A stretch of DNA of 64,000 nucleotides from Prorocentrum cordatum (taxonomy: Eukaryota): positions 310,001-374,000 of the forward strand of contig CAUYUJ010000237.1 of assembly GCA_963575745.1 (NCBI GenBank), read 5' to 3'. Within the stretch, counting starts at the first letter, position 1; each line of letters opens with the position of its first letter. The notes under the pieces are model-generated. The model saw only the letters and a program-made list of their open reading frames with translations, was not told where the DNA came from and ran no database searches. Shown piece after piece: positions 1-11,371 of the stretch. Both the position numbers and the translations under genes were made by a program.

Positions 1-19
1 GCGTACATCAGGCGGTAGT

Positions 20-480
20 GGCCTGACCAGTTGTTCATATCATCGCGCCACTAAAAGGCGCGAGGGTCTCAGGCAATCGTGGTCAGACTACCATGGGACA
101 GTGCGTCGCCGAGGTCAGTGTTGCGAGGACGTCCCGGGTGAAAATGGCCTGAACACCTCCGCTCAGGGGAGGGCATATCCGAAGTCAGCCGCGCGAGGAA
201 GTTTCAAGCGAGGATTGGTCTGAACACCTCTGCTCAGGGCATCCTTGAAGTTCGAGTTGCGAGAAGTCGCACGCGAAAGTGGCCGAACCAGCATGGTGCA
301 AGGCACCTCCGAAGTGAGACTTGCGGGAGTGTCTCAGGCGACAGTGGCTGGAACACCTCAACTGAGAGTGTCTCGGGCCCCAGAGCTGCGATGATGTCTC
401 GAGCGAAAACGGCTGGACCGATGCGAAGCAAGGCGCTTCTGAGGTCGGAGTTGCGAGCATATCTCTGGCGAAGCGGATTA
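20..480 (-). repeat. Degenerate ~60-bp tandem repeat, same family as 16180-18570 but in the opposite orientation
   Basis: Motifs such as GAGTTGCGAG and GTCTCAGGC are reverse complements of the CCTGAGACATCCTCGCAACTC unit at 16.2-18.5 kb. Boundaries approximate. Confidence 0.5.
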
Positions 481-1723
481 GACTACTTTCCGTTATCTCC
501 TCTTCCTCCTCCCCTTTTTCCTTTCCTCTTCCCCCTCCTCCTCCCCCTCCTCCTCCTCCTCCTCCTGTTCCTCCTCCTCTTCCTCTCCCCCCTCTCCGCT
601 TCTTTTTTTGTCCATTCCCCCCATCCCTGGCGGCGCGGCGAGGTGCCGCTCGGCCTCTCTGCGAGTCAAGCGGCAAAGGGTGAGAGAACCCCCCCGAATT
701 AGGAACGGTTTTTCCCAAGCCGCCAAGGGGGCCCGAAGGTAGCGCAAGAGGCGGCGCAGGTTTTGAAATCCCCCAGGGGCTCGTCGGATTCGGCTGGCCC
801 TCTCCGGTAAGGTAGGCAAGGGCACCGCGTCCAGGTGCTCAATCCCCCGTATCCCCCTCCCCTCGTCTTCGTTCCCTCCTCCATGTCCCCCTCCCCCTCG
901 TCCTCGTCCTAGCCATTTGATACAACAACGACGACGACGAAGAAGGCGACGACAAAGAGAAGGGATAATGAGAGGGGGAGACCGCTGTGTTGGGATCTCG
1001 TGGTGCGCCTCTCGGGGCCCTATGGGAGGCAGTTTTGAAGCCTCTGGGGAGTGTTTGGGGTTCTTTGGATATTTTTGGGGCCTCTTGGGGGCCTCTTGGG
1101 GGTTCCTTGGGGCCTCTTGGGAGCCTCTTGGGGCCTCATGGGGCTCTCTCCGGGACTCTTGGGGCCCTCTCGCGGCGGAAAATTTAGTTTTTGAATTTTT
1201 GGGCGCCCTCTTGGGTCTCTTTTGGGGCCGTCTTGATGCTCTTTTCGACCGTCTTGGGCGCCTCTTGGGCGGTCTCGGAGCCCTCCTGGACCGTGTTGGG
1301 GCCTTCTTGGGGGCCTACTGGGCAGTACTGGGGCGATCTAGGGAGCCTCCGGGGCCATTGTGGAGCGTCGGGAAGCGGGAAAAGCGAGAAGGCCAAAAAC
1401 ATCGAAAAACACACAGGAAAATCAACAAGTGTAGCCTCTCGGGGCTCTCTTGGGAGGCCTCTTGGGGGTCTCTGGGGGCGTCTTGGACGCGTCTTGGGCA
1501 GTCTTGGGCCCAGATTGGGCGTCTTGGGCCGATCTTTGGGTGTCTCGGGGCCCTCTTTGGCCGTCGTGTGTTTTTTTTCGCGTCGCACTCGAAGGACAGA
1601 CACGAAGCACTCTGCAGGAGCGCCCGAAAGGCTCGGGGAGGGCGAAATTCGGTGGGGGGGGGCACCGTGTGCCGCTTTTCCGGGGTCCCCGGCCTTGTAA
1701 AAATATATAAATAGGAATACATG

Positions 1724-1871
<148 letters not shown>

Positions 1872-3567
1872 CAAGCGCAGGCGCTTGACAATACCACGGC
1901 TGCGCGCATTGACAAAGTCACGGCTGCACGAATGCACGTACCGACGAATGGCTTCAGCATGGTTTGAAAAATCAACATGAGGGGCTGCTTGCGGACTGTA
2001 GGGGCTTCTTTGGGGCCTTCAGTGGGCTTCGTGGGGCCTCTGGAGTGCTTCTTGGGGGGAGGCAATTTTGAAATGTTTCGAAGCCTCCGGGGGGCCCTTT
2101 TGGGGCATCTTGGGGCCTCTTTGGGGTCTCTGATGGGGGCATTTTTAAGCCTCTTGGGGCCTCTTGGGGGCCTCTTGGGGGCCTCACGGAAATCTCCATT
2201 GTCGGTTCGTGTTCCCCCTCTTTAGCACCTCTTGGGTCCGTCTTGAAGCCCTCTTGGGCCGTCTTGGGCGCCTCTTGGACCGTTTGGGCGCCCTCTTGGG
2301 CTGTCTTGGAGGCCTCTCGGGGGTTTTTTGGGCTGTCTTGGGGCGATGTTCGAAGCTTCCTCGGCAATCTTGGAAGGTCAGAAGCCCGAAAACGCGGGTA
2401 AGCAAAAAACATTGAAAAACACAAGGAAAATCTATGATTTTAGCCTCTTGGGGCTCTCTTGGAAAGCCTCTCGGAGCGCCCCTGGGGCTTCTTGGGGGCC
2501 CCTTGGGCCTTGATGGGGCTATCTTGAGAGTCTTGGAGCGCTGTTGGGCCGTCTTGGCGGCTTCTTGCCGTCCCCGGAAGCCGTGGTGGACGCCTCCGGG
2601 GGCGCTAAAGAGTCTCCAGACGCCCGGGGACAAAGTGGGTTACGGGGGGGGAGGGGGGGGGGGGAAATTTCGGGAGGGTGTCCCGGCCCGGGGCCCTGGC
2701 CCCCGGTATGGGAGGATATCTTGCGCGGAGGTGTGCAGAGAAAACAAGAATCCCACTTAGGATGTGGGGAACAACAACTCAAAACCATGTCGCGTTTTTT
2801 AAATCGTTTTCTTGCGTGCCGAGAGCCCAGACTGCAAAACTGGAAAAAAAGCCCAGGGCGATTCTAAGAATAACCAAAATCAAGACCGTCCCAAGAGGGC
2901 ACGAAGGCGGTCCAGGAGACCTCCAAGATGCTCAAGACAGCCTCGAAAACGGTCCCGAAGCGCTCCAAGAGGCCTCAAAATCGGCTCACAGGGGATCTAT
3001 ATATCTATCTATCTATCCATATCTATGTATCTGCTCGCGCAGGGCTCTCTTGGAAGCCTTTTGGGCCCTTTGAGGCCGCTCTTGGGCCGTCATGGGGCTC
3101 TCTTGGGCCGTCTTGGTGCTCTCTTGGGCCGTTTTGGGGCCCTCTTGGAGCCTCCGGGGCCGACTTGGGAGGATCTAGGGGGCTTCTTGGGACGTCTTGG
3201 ACGCTCTCGAGACCAAACAAGCGAACCTGCTAAAAATATACGTTTTCCGAAAGCAATGTGCCGATTTTTGCTTCGCGGGGGTCCTCGTTGGAGCCTCTTG
3301 GGGCGTTTTCGGGGCCTCTTGGGCCGTCTTGAAACCATCTAGGGCACTGGGAAGTCATCTTGACCAGTCCTGGGGACCCTTTGTGGCGCTTTCGGGTGCT
3401 CTTGGCAACCTCTTGGGCAGTCTGGAAACCATCGTGGGCGCTCTTGGAGCGTCCCAAAGGCTGTCTTGAGCGGCCGGGGAGCGGCCGAGGAGGCCCCAGG
3501 GGGGGGTGGACCCAAATTGGGGGTTCGAGGCCGTGGTTTCCGGGCCCCGATTTCCTTCCCCGGGTAG

Positions 3568-3632
<65 letters not shown>

Positions 3633-6600
3633 ATATTGGGGCCGTCTTGGGCCGTCATGGGGGCCTCGTGGGCCGTTTTGGGGCCGTCTTCGGCCGTCTT
3701 GGGGCCGTCTTGGGGCCGTCTCAGGCCGTCTTGGGGCGGTCTTGGGGGCCTCTTGGGCGGTCTTGGAGCGTCCGATCTCCGAAAAGGCGAGAACCCAAAA
3801 AACCTTCAAAAACCATAGAAAATCAATGTTTTTTTGCCTCTTGGGACCCTCTTGGGAAGGCCTCTTGGAGACCGCTAGCCGCGTTTTGGATGCCACTGAA
3901 GCCGTCTTGGGATCATCGTGGGCGTCTTGGAGCGATCTTTGGGCGTCTCGGGGCCCTCTGGGACCACTTGGGGGCCTCCTCGGCCTTCTTGGGGCCGTCT
4001 CGGAGCCCCTGGGGACGCCGCCAGGGGAGGGACCCACGCATATACAAGGGAGGTTCCGGCCCGGGGCGCGGGGGCCGGGATCTCCCATATATGTATATAC
4101 ACACATACACGCATATTGATGTGTACAAAACGTCGGACGATGGGTGCGCAATCACATGTATCAACAAGAATTGTATACGTCTATGTGAACACACATACAT
4201 GTCAGGTACACATACATGTGCACGCGCCTGCGCGCGCGGAGAGTAATGATAGATTCGCTGGCCCAGCGGGCTAGAGGCGTGCTAAGAGCTCCGGTAACAG
4301 TTTTAGAAAGTTTCTAGTTCGCGCGCGCGTGGCGGCCCCTAGGGTTGCCTGGCTCAAAACTACCCGGGGCACTGTTGCGCAAGGGTGCCCCAACTCTTGG
4401 GGCGCAGCTTCAAGGCTCTCAGGATCGTCGCAGAGGGCTGCAAGAGGCCCCCAATACGGTCCAAGAGGGGTCCGACGCCCGATGATCGCTCCAAGACGCC
4501 CAAGGTGGCCTCCAGACGGCCCAAGAGGTCTCCAAGACGCCCTAAGAGGCCCAAGAGGCAAAAATCAGGGCCTCTCGGGGCGTCGCGGGGGCGCAGGGGA
4601 AGCTCCTGGGAAGATCCTGGGGCGATTTTGAGGCGGTAGGTTCGAACTGTGAGTTCGGGTTTCCTTTCCTGGGCTTTTTGGGGGCCTTCTTGAGGCTGTC
4701 TTGGCCCGTTGTGGTCGTGTTGGGGGCCGTTTTGGCATTCTCTTGGGCTGTGTAAGGGCCCTCTTGGGTCGTTTTGGAAGCCTTTTGGAGGCTTCATGTG
4801 CCGTCTTGAAGCCTGCATGGGTCGTTTTGAACCGCTCTTGGGGCGGTGTTTGGCATTTCTGGTCGTCTTGGAGCGTGGCAGCGCGAGAAGGCGAGGACGC
4901 TGAAATCCTTCAAAACCTCAGGGACATGGACGATTTAAAGCTATGTGGACTCAATCCGGAGGCCTCGTGGTGCCTCTTGGGCGTCTTGGTGTGCTCTGAA
5001 GCTGTCGACGAGCTATGTTGGGCAATATTGGATGCCTCTTTGGACCCTCCGAGAAAGCCAGAGGCCAAAGGAACCCTTTGCAAGGGCGCCCGAGCAGCCC
5101 GCAGGGGCTTCCGAGCAGGCTGGGAATCCGAAACTGGTTGGGGGGGGGGCCTTGTCCGGGGTCCCCGGCCTTATAAAAATACATACACAGGAATAGAGAG
5201 AGAAGAGGAGGAGGAGGAGGAGGAGGAGGAGGAGGAGGAGGAGGAGGAGGAGGACGAGGACGAGGACGAGGAGGAGGAGGAGGAGGAGGAGAAGGAGATG
5301 GTCCTAGGGGCCCTGGTCCTAGGGGCCCTGGTAAGCACTGATTTTGTACACGGCCGTAGTGGACCTGGAGCGCCAAAACGCGCCAAAGGAGGGCAAGAGG
5401 GGCGACGAGAGGGCTCCAGAGACGTCCAAGTGGGCTCCAAGACGGCCCAAGAGTGCCCCAAGAGAGCCGACGGCCGCCCAAGAGGCTTCCAAGACGGCCC
5501 AACATGGTTTCAAGACAACCCAAGAGGGCCTCAAGACGGCCAAGAGGCCCTCCCAAGGAGTCTCCGGCCAAGGCAGCCCACGAGGCCCCAGAAATCGGCC
5601 CAAGACGGCCCAAGCAGCTCCCAAAGAGGGCCCCAGGGCGGCCCAGGAGAGTCCCAAGACGGCCCAAGGGCGCTCCAAGACGGCCCCAAGAAGGTCCGGA
5701 CGGTCCCAAATGGCTTCAAGAGAGGTCCAGGAGGGCCCCAAGAGCCCTCCAAGAGGGCGCCCCACGACAGCCAACGCCCACCAAGACGCTCCAAGTGGGT
5801 CCAAAGGCCTCAAAAGGCCACCCAAGAAGACGGAGACGCTAAATTCATAAATTTTCGTCCGGCTCTTGTGCTTCACCACGTAAGAAGTTCCAAACACCAA
5901 GGATCCTAAGTGCAGACGGTGGTGCGAGCTCAAGACGGCCCAAAGAGATTCCCGAGACGCCGAAAAGACTGCTTCAAGGCAGCCCATTTATTGCTCCAAC
6001 TGCTATTGATGCTTCTGCCTCCGCAACTCACTCCCCGTCCTGGTCCTGCACCTCCTCAGAAAACAGCGTCGTTTCGAGATGCGTCCAGCCGTGGGGCCCG
6101 GCACCTCGCTACCATCCCGCCCCCTTTGCTGATACCCTTCCCAGGGGCCTCCAAGAGGCCTCCAGATGGCCCAAGAGGCTTCGAAGACAGCCTAAGATAC
6201 CCCAAGACCGCCTAAGAGGAACCTAAATGAGCCGAAGACTTCCCATAAGGGCACCAAGAGCGCTCAGGCTGGCCTCAGCACGGCTCAAGAGGTCCGTAGG
6301 ACACCCTGGGAGAGCCCCCGGCGCGCCCCAAAGATGATAAGGCCAAACACATTGATGTTCTGGAGGTGTTTGTAGGAATTGTGTGGTTTCTTTTCCTGGC
6401 TCCCGACCGCCTAAGACGGCTCCAAGACGGCACAAGATGGGCCCAAGGTGGCCTCGGCACGGCCCTGATAAGAGGGCACGAAGACAGCCCAAGAGGCCCC
6501 CAAACTGGCCCGAAAACGGCCCGCGAGACTTCAAGATTACCATGCAAGCCCCCAAGAGGGTTCCAGAACGGCCCCCACAGACGCCCAAGACCACATCTCC

Positions 6601-7220
6601 AGCATGCGTCCGCCTAAGGGGCTCAAAGAATGCAGAAGGACGGCTGGAGGTGGCTCGAAAGTTCTTCAGCAATGAAGGGGCCCTGCTGGTGCGACCAGGA
6701 GGGGTGTCTGGCTGTCGTTGCACCGTGGTTTGGCCCCAGATGCGTGGCCAGAAGAGGAGGGGGGGCGGCCTTCGATCCAACGTGGTTTGGCCGTGGTGGC
6801 ATGCACTACGGAGCCAGACTCGGGCACCCCTCTTCTTTTTCAGTTCCTCCTTTGGTCCCATGACGGGTCAAAAGAAGCGCAAGAAGCTATTAAGAAGCCT
6901 CCAAGCCTCCAGGTTGTTGCTGCTGGTCTTCCTCGTCCTCCCACGTGGCGAGCGCCGAAACGGCCAAAAAGTAGACTGGCCGTTCCCGACAGGCCTGCTT
7001 GAGCGCAGTCCGCATGGGGGCCTGCCTGCCGATCGCCGCACAGTAGTTAGAAGCGCTCTCGCGACACAGTCCGGAGCGCACACATAAAAATGTTCCCCTA
7101 TACACGTCGCCGGGATCCCCAAAATTAATTGCAGCAGGTCGCACTACCGATCACGAGGAAGCTTCAGAATCGCCCCTGCGTTCCTCATTGGCAATTTGCG
7201 ATACGAGTCCTCAGGCACAG

Positions 7221-7258
7221 CTAGAGCCTAAGCGCGCGAAGCGCGCGCGTGGTTTTAG
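7221..7258 (+). mobile_element. Second, inverted copy of the Helitron-like terminus
   Basis: CTAGAGCCTAAGCGCGCGAAGCGCGCGCGTGGTTTTAG is a near reverse complement of 1832-1871 and is followed by a TA-rich tract. Confidence 0.5.
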
Positions 7259-7268
7259 CGTGTGTATA

Positions 7269-7309
<41 letters not shown>

Positions 7310-7467
7310 GGGTATGAGTATGTATAAATGTATGTATGGAGGTCTATGAATCCGTACATATATATATATACACATAAGATAAACATATACCTATATGTGT
7401 GGTACAGTCTAGCCTAGCTGGGGCAAGCTGCGTGGTGACATCTACGTTGTGAAATTCGTTTTGGCCG

Positions 7468-7672
7468 TCTTGAAGCTGTCCTCTCCACTGCTCGTGTAAA
7501 CATCCCACCCTCCCACCCGCAACTTGGTCGCAAGACCTCTTAAGACAAGACCGTGACGGTGGGTACCACATGGCACTTGGCCACGACACCGACGCCGACG
7601 ACGACAGCGACAACGACGACGACGGCGCCGCCGACACGGACTACGACGACACCGACGACGTGTCCAACGACT

Positions 7673-7722
<50 letters not shown>

Positions 7723-7975
7723 ACCGATGACGACGACGACGACGCCGACGACGACGACGAGGGAGGAGGGAGGACGACGACGGCGACAACGACGACAACG
7801 ACGATATCGACGAGGGAGGAGGGAGGACGGCGACGACGCGAACGACGAAGAAGGAGGAAGGACGGCGACGCCGACGACGACAACGACGAGGGAGGAGGGA
7901 AGACGACGACGACGACGACAACGACGACGACGACGGCGACGAAATAGGAGGGACGACGACGAGACGCCGACAACG

Positions 7976-8029
<54 letters not shown>

Positions 8030-8170
8030 TAGGGAGGAGGATGAAGGACGACCACGGCGACAACCACGACGGAAACGACCACGACGACAAAGAGGACGAC
8101 GACGACGAACACGAGGAAAGACAGAGGACGATGTAGGCGACGACGACGACGACGACGCGGGAGGAGGGAG

Positions 8171-8201
<31 letters not shown>

Positions 8202-10070
8202 CAAGAGCGCGCGCGCACGCTTTTGTTGAAGATCCGTGTTGCGAAACCTTGGGTTTTTGTAGGTTTGTTGGAAACACGATTTTGAAATCCTTCCGAAACC
8301 AATCAATGGGTTTTGAAGGATTTCGGCATACGCGCGCGACGACGCGCGCGTCTGCACTTCGTCCCATTTTTTGCAGAGGATTCTCGCGACGGCACACGCG
8401 CATTTTGCGAAAATCTTTAAAAACCTATGGTTTTCTCCATATTTCGCAAGAGCTCGCGCGGAAGTTGTTTTAGGAAATATGTGTTGCGAAACCCTTTGTT
8501 TTTGTATGTTTGTTGGAAACTCGATTGCGAAATCCTTCCGGCACCGAAGGTTTTTGAAGGATTTCGTCATGCGCGCGCGACGACGCGCGCGTGTGCACTT
8601 CGGTTTTTTGTTGCAAGGGACTCGTGAAAAAGTGCTGTGTTAGAACAAAAAATGTCATCGCATAGTGTTTTTCTTTAACAAGGGAACCTCAGGGGGGCCG
8701 ATACAGGTTGACCTGGGACATTGTGATTTCATAGTTAGGATGGACATGTGGTCAGAATCATATGTGATTTACATATCCGAAAGGGGGGCGATAACGCCGG
8801 GGGGGGGTGGTAGAGTCTATTTTGTTTTTAGAAGGGAGAATGCACCCTGCCGAACTTGAAGCTGTCAACTCCAGTGCTCGCGCAATCACCCCACCCACCC
8901 ACTCACAATTTGGCTAGCAAAACCCTTTTGGCGGCGAGTGCGATGACTGCTTGGTGTTGGCTGGTGCATCTCTGCGGCCGCGCATGCTCGCGCGCGCAGC
9001 GGCCAGCTAGTCTGGTGTGACCGACGCGGCCGCGGTGGCGCTGCCTGCTAGCACTTCCCAACGGGCATTTTAGTGCGAGTCGGCGATTTTGGCGGGCGCG
9101 GTATCGTGACACTGCCGCCAAAGGTATACACGATGATGGTTGTAGCGATGCTGGTGACGATGGTCAACGACGACGGCAAGGCCGGTGACGGCGCCGATGC
9201 TGATCATGTCGACGACGATGACGGCGTCTTCGCGTCGGCGATGAAGGTTCTGGAAAGAGTTCGACAAGCATGCGCGGCCGACGCGCGAGAGTGGCCCGCA
9301 CTGTATTATTTAACACGGACTAGTAATTTCAAGAATTCGCAAGAGCGCGAGCGCAGGCTTGTTTTTGAAAACTGATGTTGCAAGGCCTGTGTTTTCATAT
9401 GTTTTCGGGACAGCCGATTTTGAAATCCGTGCGAAACCTATGGTTTTCGACGGATTATGGCATGCGCGCGCGACGACGCGCGCGTGCGCACGTCGCCCCA
9501 TTCATTTTGCAAAAGATTCCTGCGACAGCACGCGCGCAAGGGCATTCGAACGATTTCGACGCGCGCGCCAGAGGCCTGTTTGGTCGCATTTTATAGCATG
9601 TTGAAAACCTATGGTTTTCGGAAAAAAAATCGCGAGAGCGCGAGCGCAAGCGCTCTGGGGGCAAATTATGGTTGCGAAATTATATGTTATTTTACGTTTT
9701 TGGGACATTCGAATGTGAATTCCTTGCAGAACCTAACGTTTCTGAATGATTTCGGCACGCGCGCGCGACAACGTGCGCGTGCGCATTTCGTCTCATTTGT
9801 TGCGAGGGACTGTTGGGAACTGTTGCTTTTTGAGGAACGAGTGCGCGCGCATAACATTTTTGCGATGGATGAGGGGGGGCGATGCCAGCCTGTTTGGGAT
9901 GGTACGAATGCATGTTTAGGATGGCCGATGGGACAGAATCATATAGATTGCAATGCGCGAAAGGGTCCCGCTAATTCTGGGGGGAGTGGATCCTAACATT
10001 TTTTTCGAAAGGAGAAGTAACGAATGATCTCTAGCGAGTTGTCTACTCCACTGCTCCGCGCGTCCACTGC
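7468..10070 (+). repeat. Two diverged tandem copies (~1.2-1.4 kb) of a composite repeat containing a (GAC)n tract and CpG-rich subrepeats
   Basis: Header CTTGAAGCTGTC..CTCCA.TGCTCG at about 7469 and 8855 (third, partial at about 10040). Matching internal blocks at 8201/9339 and 8740/9921. Confidence 0.65.
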
Positions 10071-10539
10071 ATCCAGGGGCGGAGCGCTTGCCAACTGGCC
10101 CGAGGGCCCCTATCCGAGCTTGGCAGTTCCTCCAGTCGCCGCGCTGGCGAGCGACTGCTACGTCCGAAGCCCCAAGCGGCCAGGGGACGATTGGGACTCC
10201 TGGGCCACTCGTGCCACAATCCGCAACGGTTCCCCCAACGATTGGCCCGGCAACAAGGAGGACCAACCTCACCCCTCAGCTTCCATCCCGCTGCCCCCTT
10301 TCTCTCCTCCCCCCCCCCGCTCCTCTTCTCTCTCTCCTTCTGCTTCGCGTCCCCTGCTCTCGCCCCATCACTTCCCCCCTGGGCGACAGCGGCTGCCTCC
10401 CGTCTTCCCCCCTTTTGCCGACGCGCGGCGGCCTTCCAAGGGCCGGCGGCGGTTCTCCAGATCGTTGGGGGCAGCGATCGGGCGAGCCGCCCCTCTGAGA
10501 CTCCCTCTGGGGGGGCGCAAGGGGGGAGGGGGGGAGCTG

Positions 10540-10561
10540 GCCCTAGCAGATTTGGCGCAAG
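10540..10561 (+). other. Degenerate dinoflagellate spliced-leader relic
   Basis: GCCCTAGCAGATTTGGCGCAAG matches DCCGTAGCCATTTTGGCTCAAG at 17/22 positions and ends 53 nt upstream of an ATG. Confidence 0.5.
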
Positions 10562-10614
10562 CATTTATTCGGTCGCCATTGTGCGCTCCATCTCCGAATT
10601 CAGTCGCTCGAGCC

Positions 10615-10764
10615 ATGCCGCCAAAGAAAGATCCTCCGAAGGCAGAGAAGATGACAGACGCCGAGAAAAGGCAGAAGAAGCTGGAGAATAAAGCAAAAGC
10701 AGCAGGAACGTCAATCGCAGAGAAAACTGCGGCAAACGAGGCAAAAAAGGCTGGGAAAAAATAG
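10615..10764 (+). CDS. Small Lys/Ala-rich basic protein (49 aa), probable retrogene or first exon
   Basis: GCCATG start; MPPKKDPPKAEKMTDAEKRQKKLENKAKAAGTSIAEKTAANEAKKAGKK*. Unique, purine-rich, coding-like sequence preceded by an SL relic. Confidence 0.55.
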   Translation: MPPKKDPPKAEKMTDAEKRQKKLENKAKAAGTSIAEKTAANEAKKAGKK

Positions 10765-11220
10765 AAGCATGTGAAGTTCACGGCTGGTGTTGCACGCGGC
10801 GAACTTTGGTGGGTGAGTCGGCCAAGTTGTGTGACAACACAAGGTACTGAGCCAGCCTTTTGTCTGCCATCGTCAGTCGTTCGGCAATGTTCTTGTCGCT
10901 GGCGCGCGCCAAGTTCGGGCTGATTCATTTTCGGGCCAATCGCTCGGCATGTGCTCCGTCCGTTGCGGTGCATCATCCTCCTCCACCTCCCTCTCCCAAA
11001 CCATTCCGGTCGTCCATCATTGCTTCGCGACTTGAAATGGATTCGTGTGACTGGAAACCTCTCGCTCCGACAATATTGAAGACGCTTACGGCGAATCACC
11101 GCTGCCCCTTGCCTGTGGGAATCGCACATGTGGCCGAACGTTGTGGCCAGAGCTCTGCCGAGCTATCATGCGTTCCCCCCAGCCGTTGTGGAAACCCTTC
11201 GGGAAATACTTGCGGGTTCA

Positions 11221-11371
11221 GGAGGAAGAGGAGGAGGAGGAGGAGGAGGAGGAGGAGGAGGAGGAGGAGGAGGAGGAGGAGGAGGAGGAGGAGGCGGAGG
11301 AGGAGGAGGAGGAGGAGGAAGAAGAAGAAGAAGAAGAAGAAGAAGAGGAGGAGGAGGAGGAGGAGGAGGAG
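11221..11371. repeat. (GAG/GAA)n microsatellite
   Basis: Seen directly. Confidence 0.95.

Noticed and set aside
908..926. TAGCCATTTGATACAA as an SL relic
   Set aside because: Only a 9-nt match, the 3' half diverges, and no downstream coding-like sequence follows.
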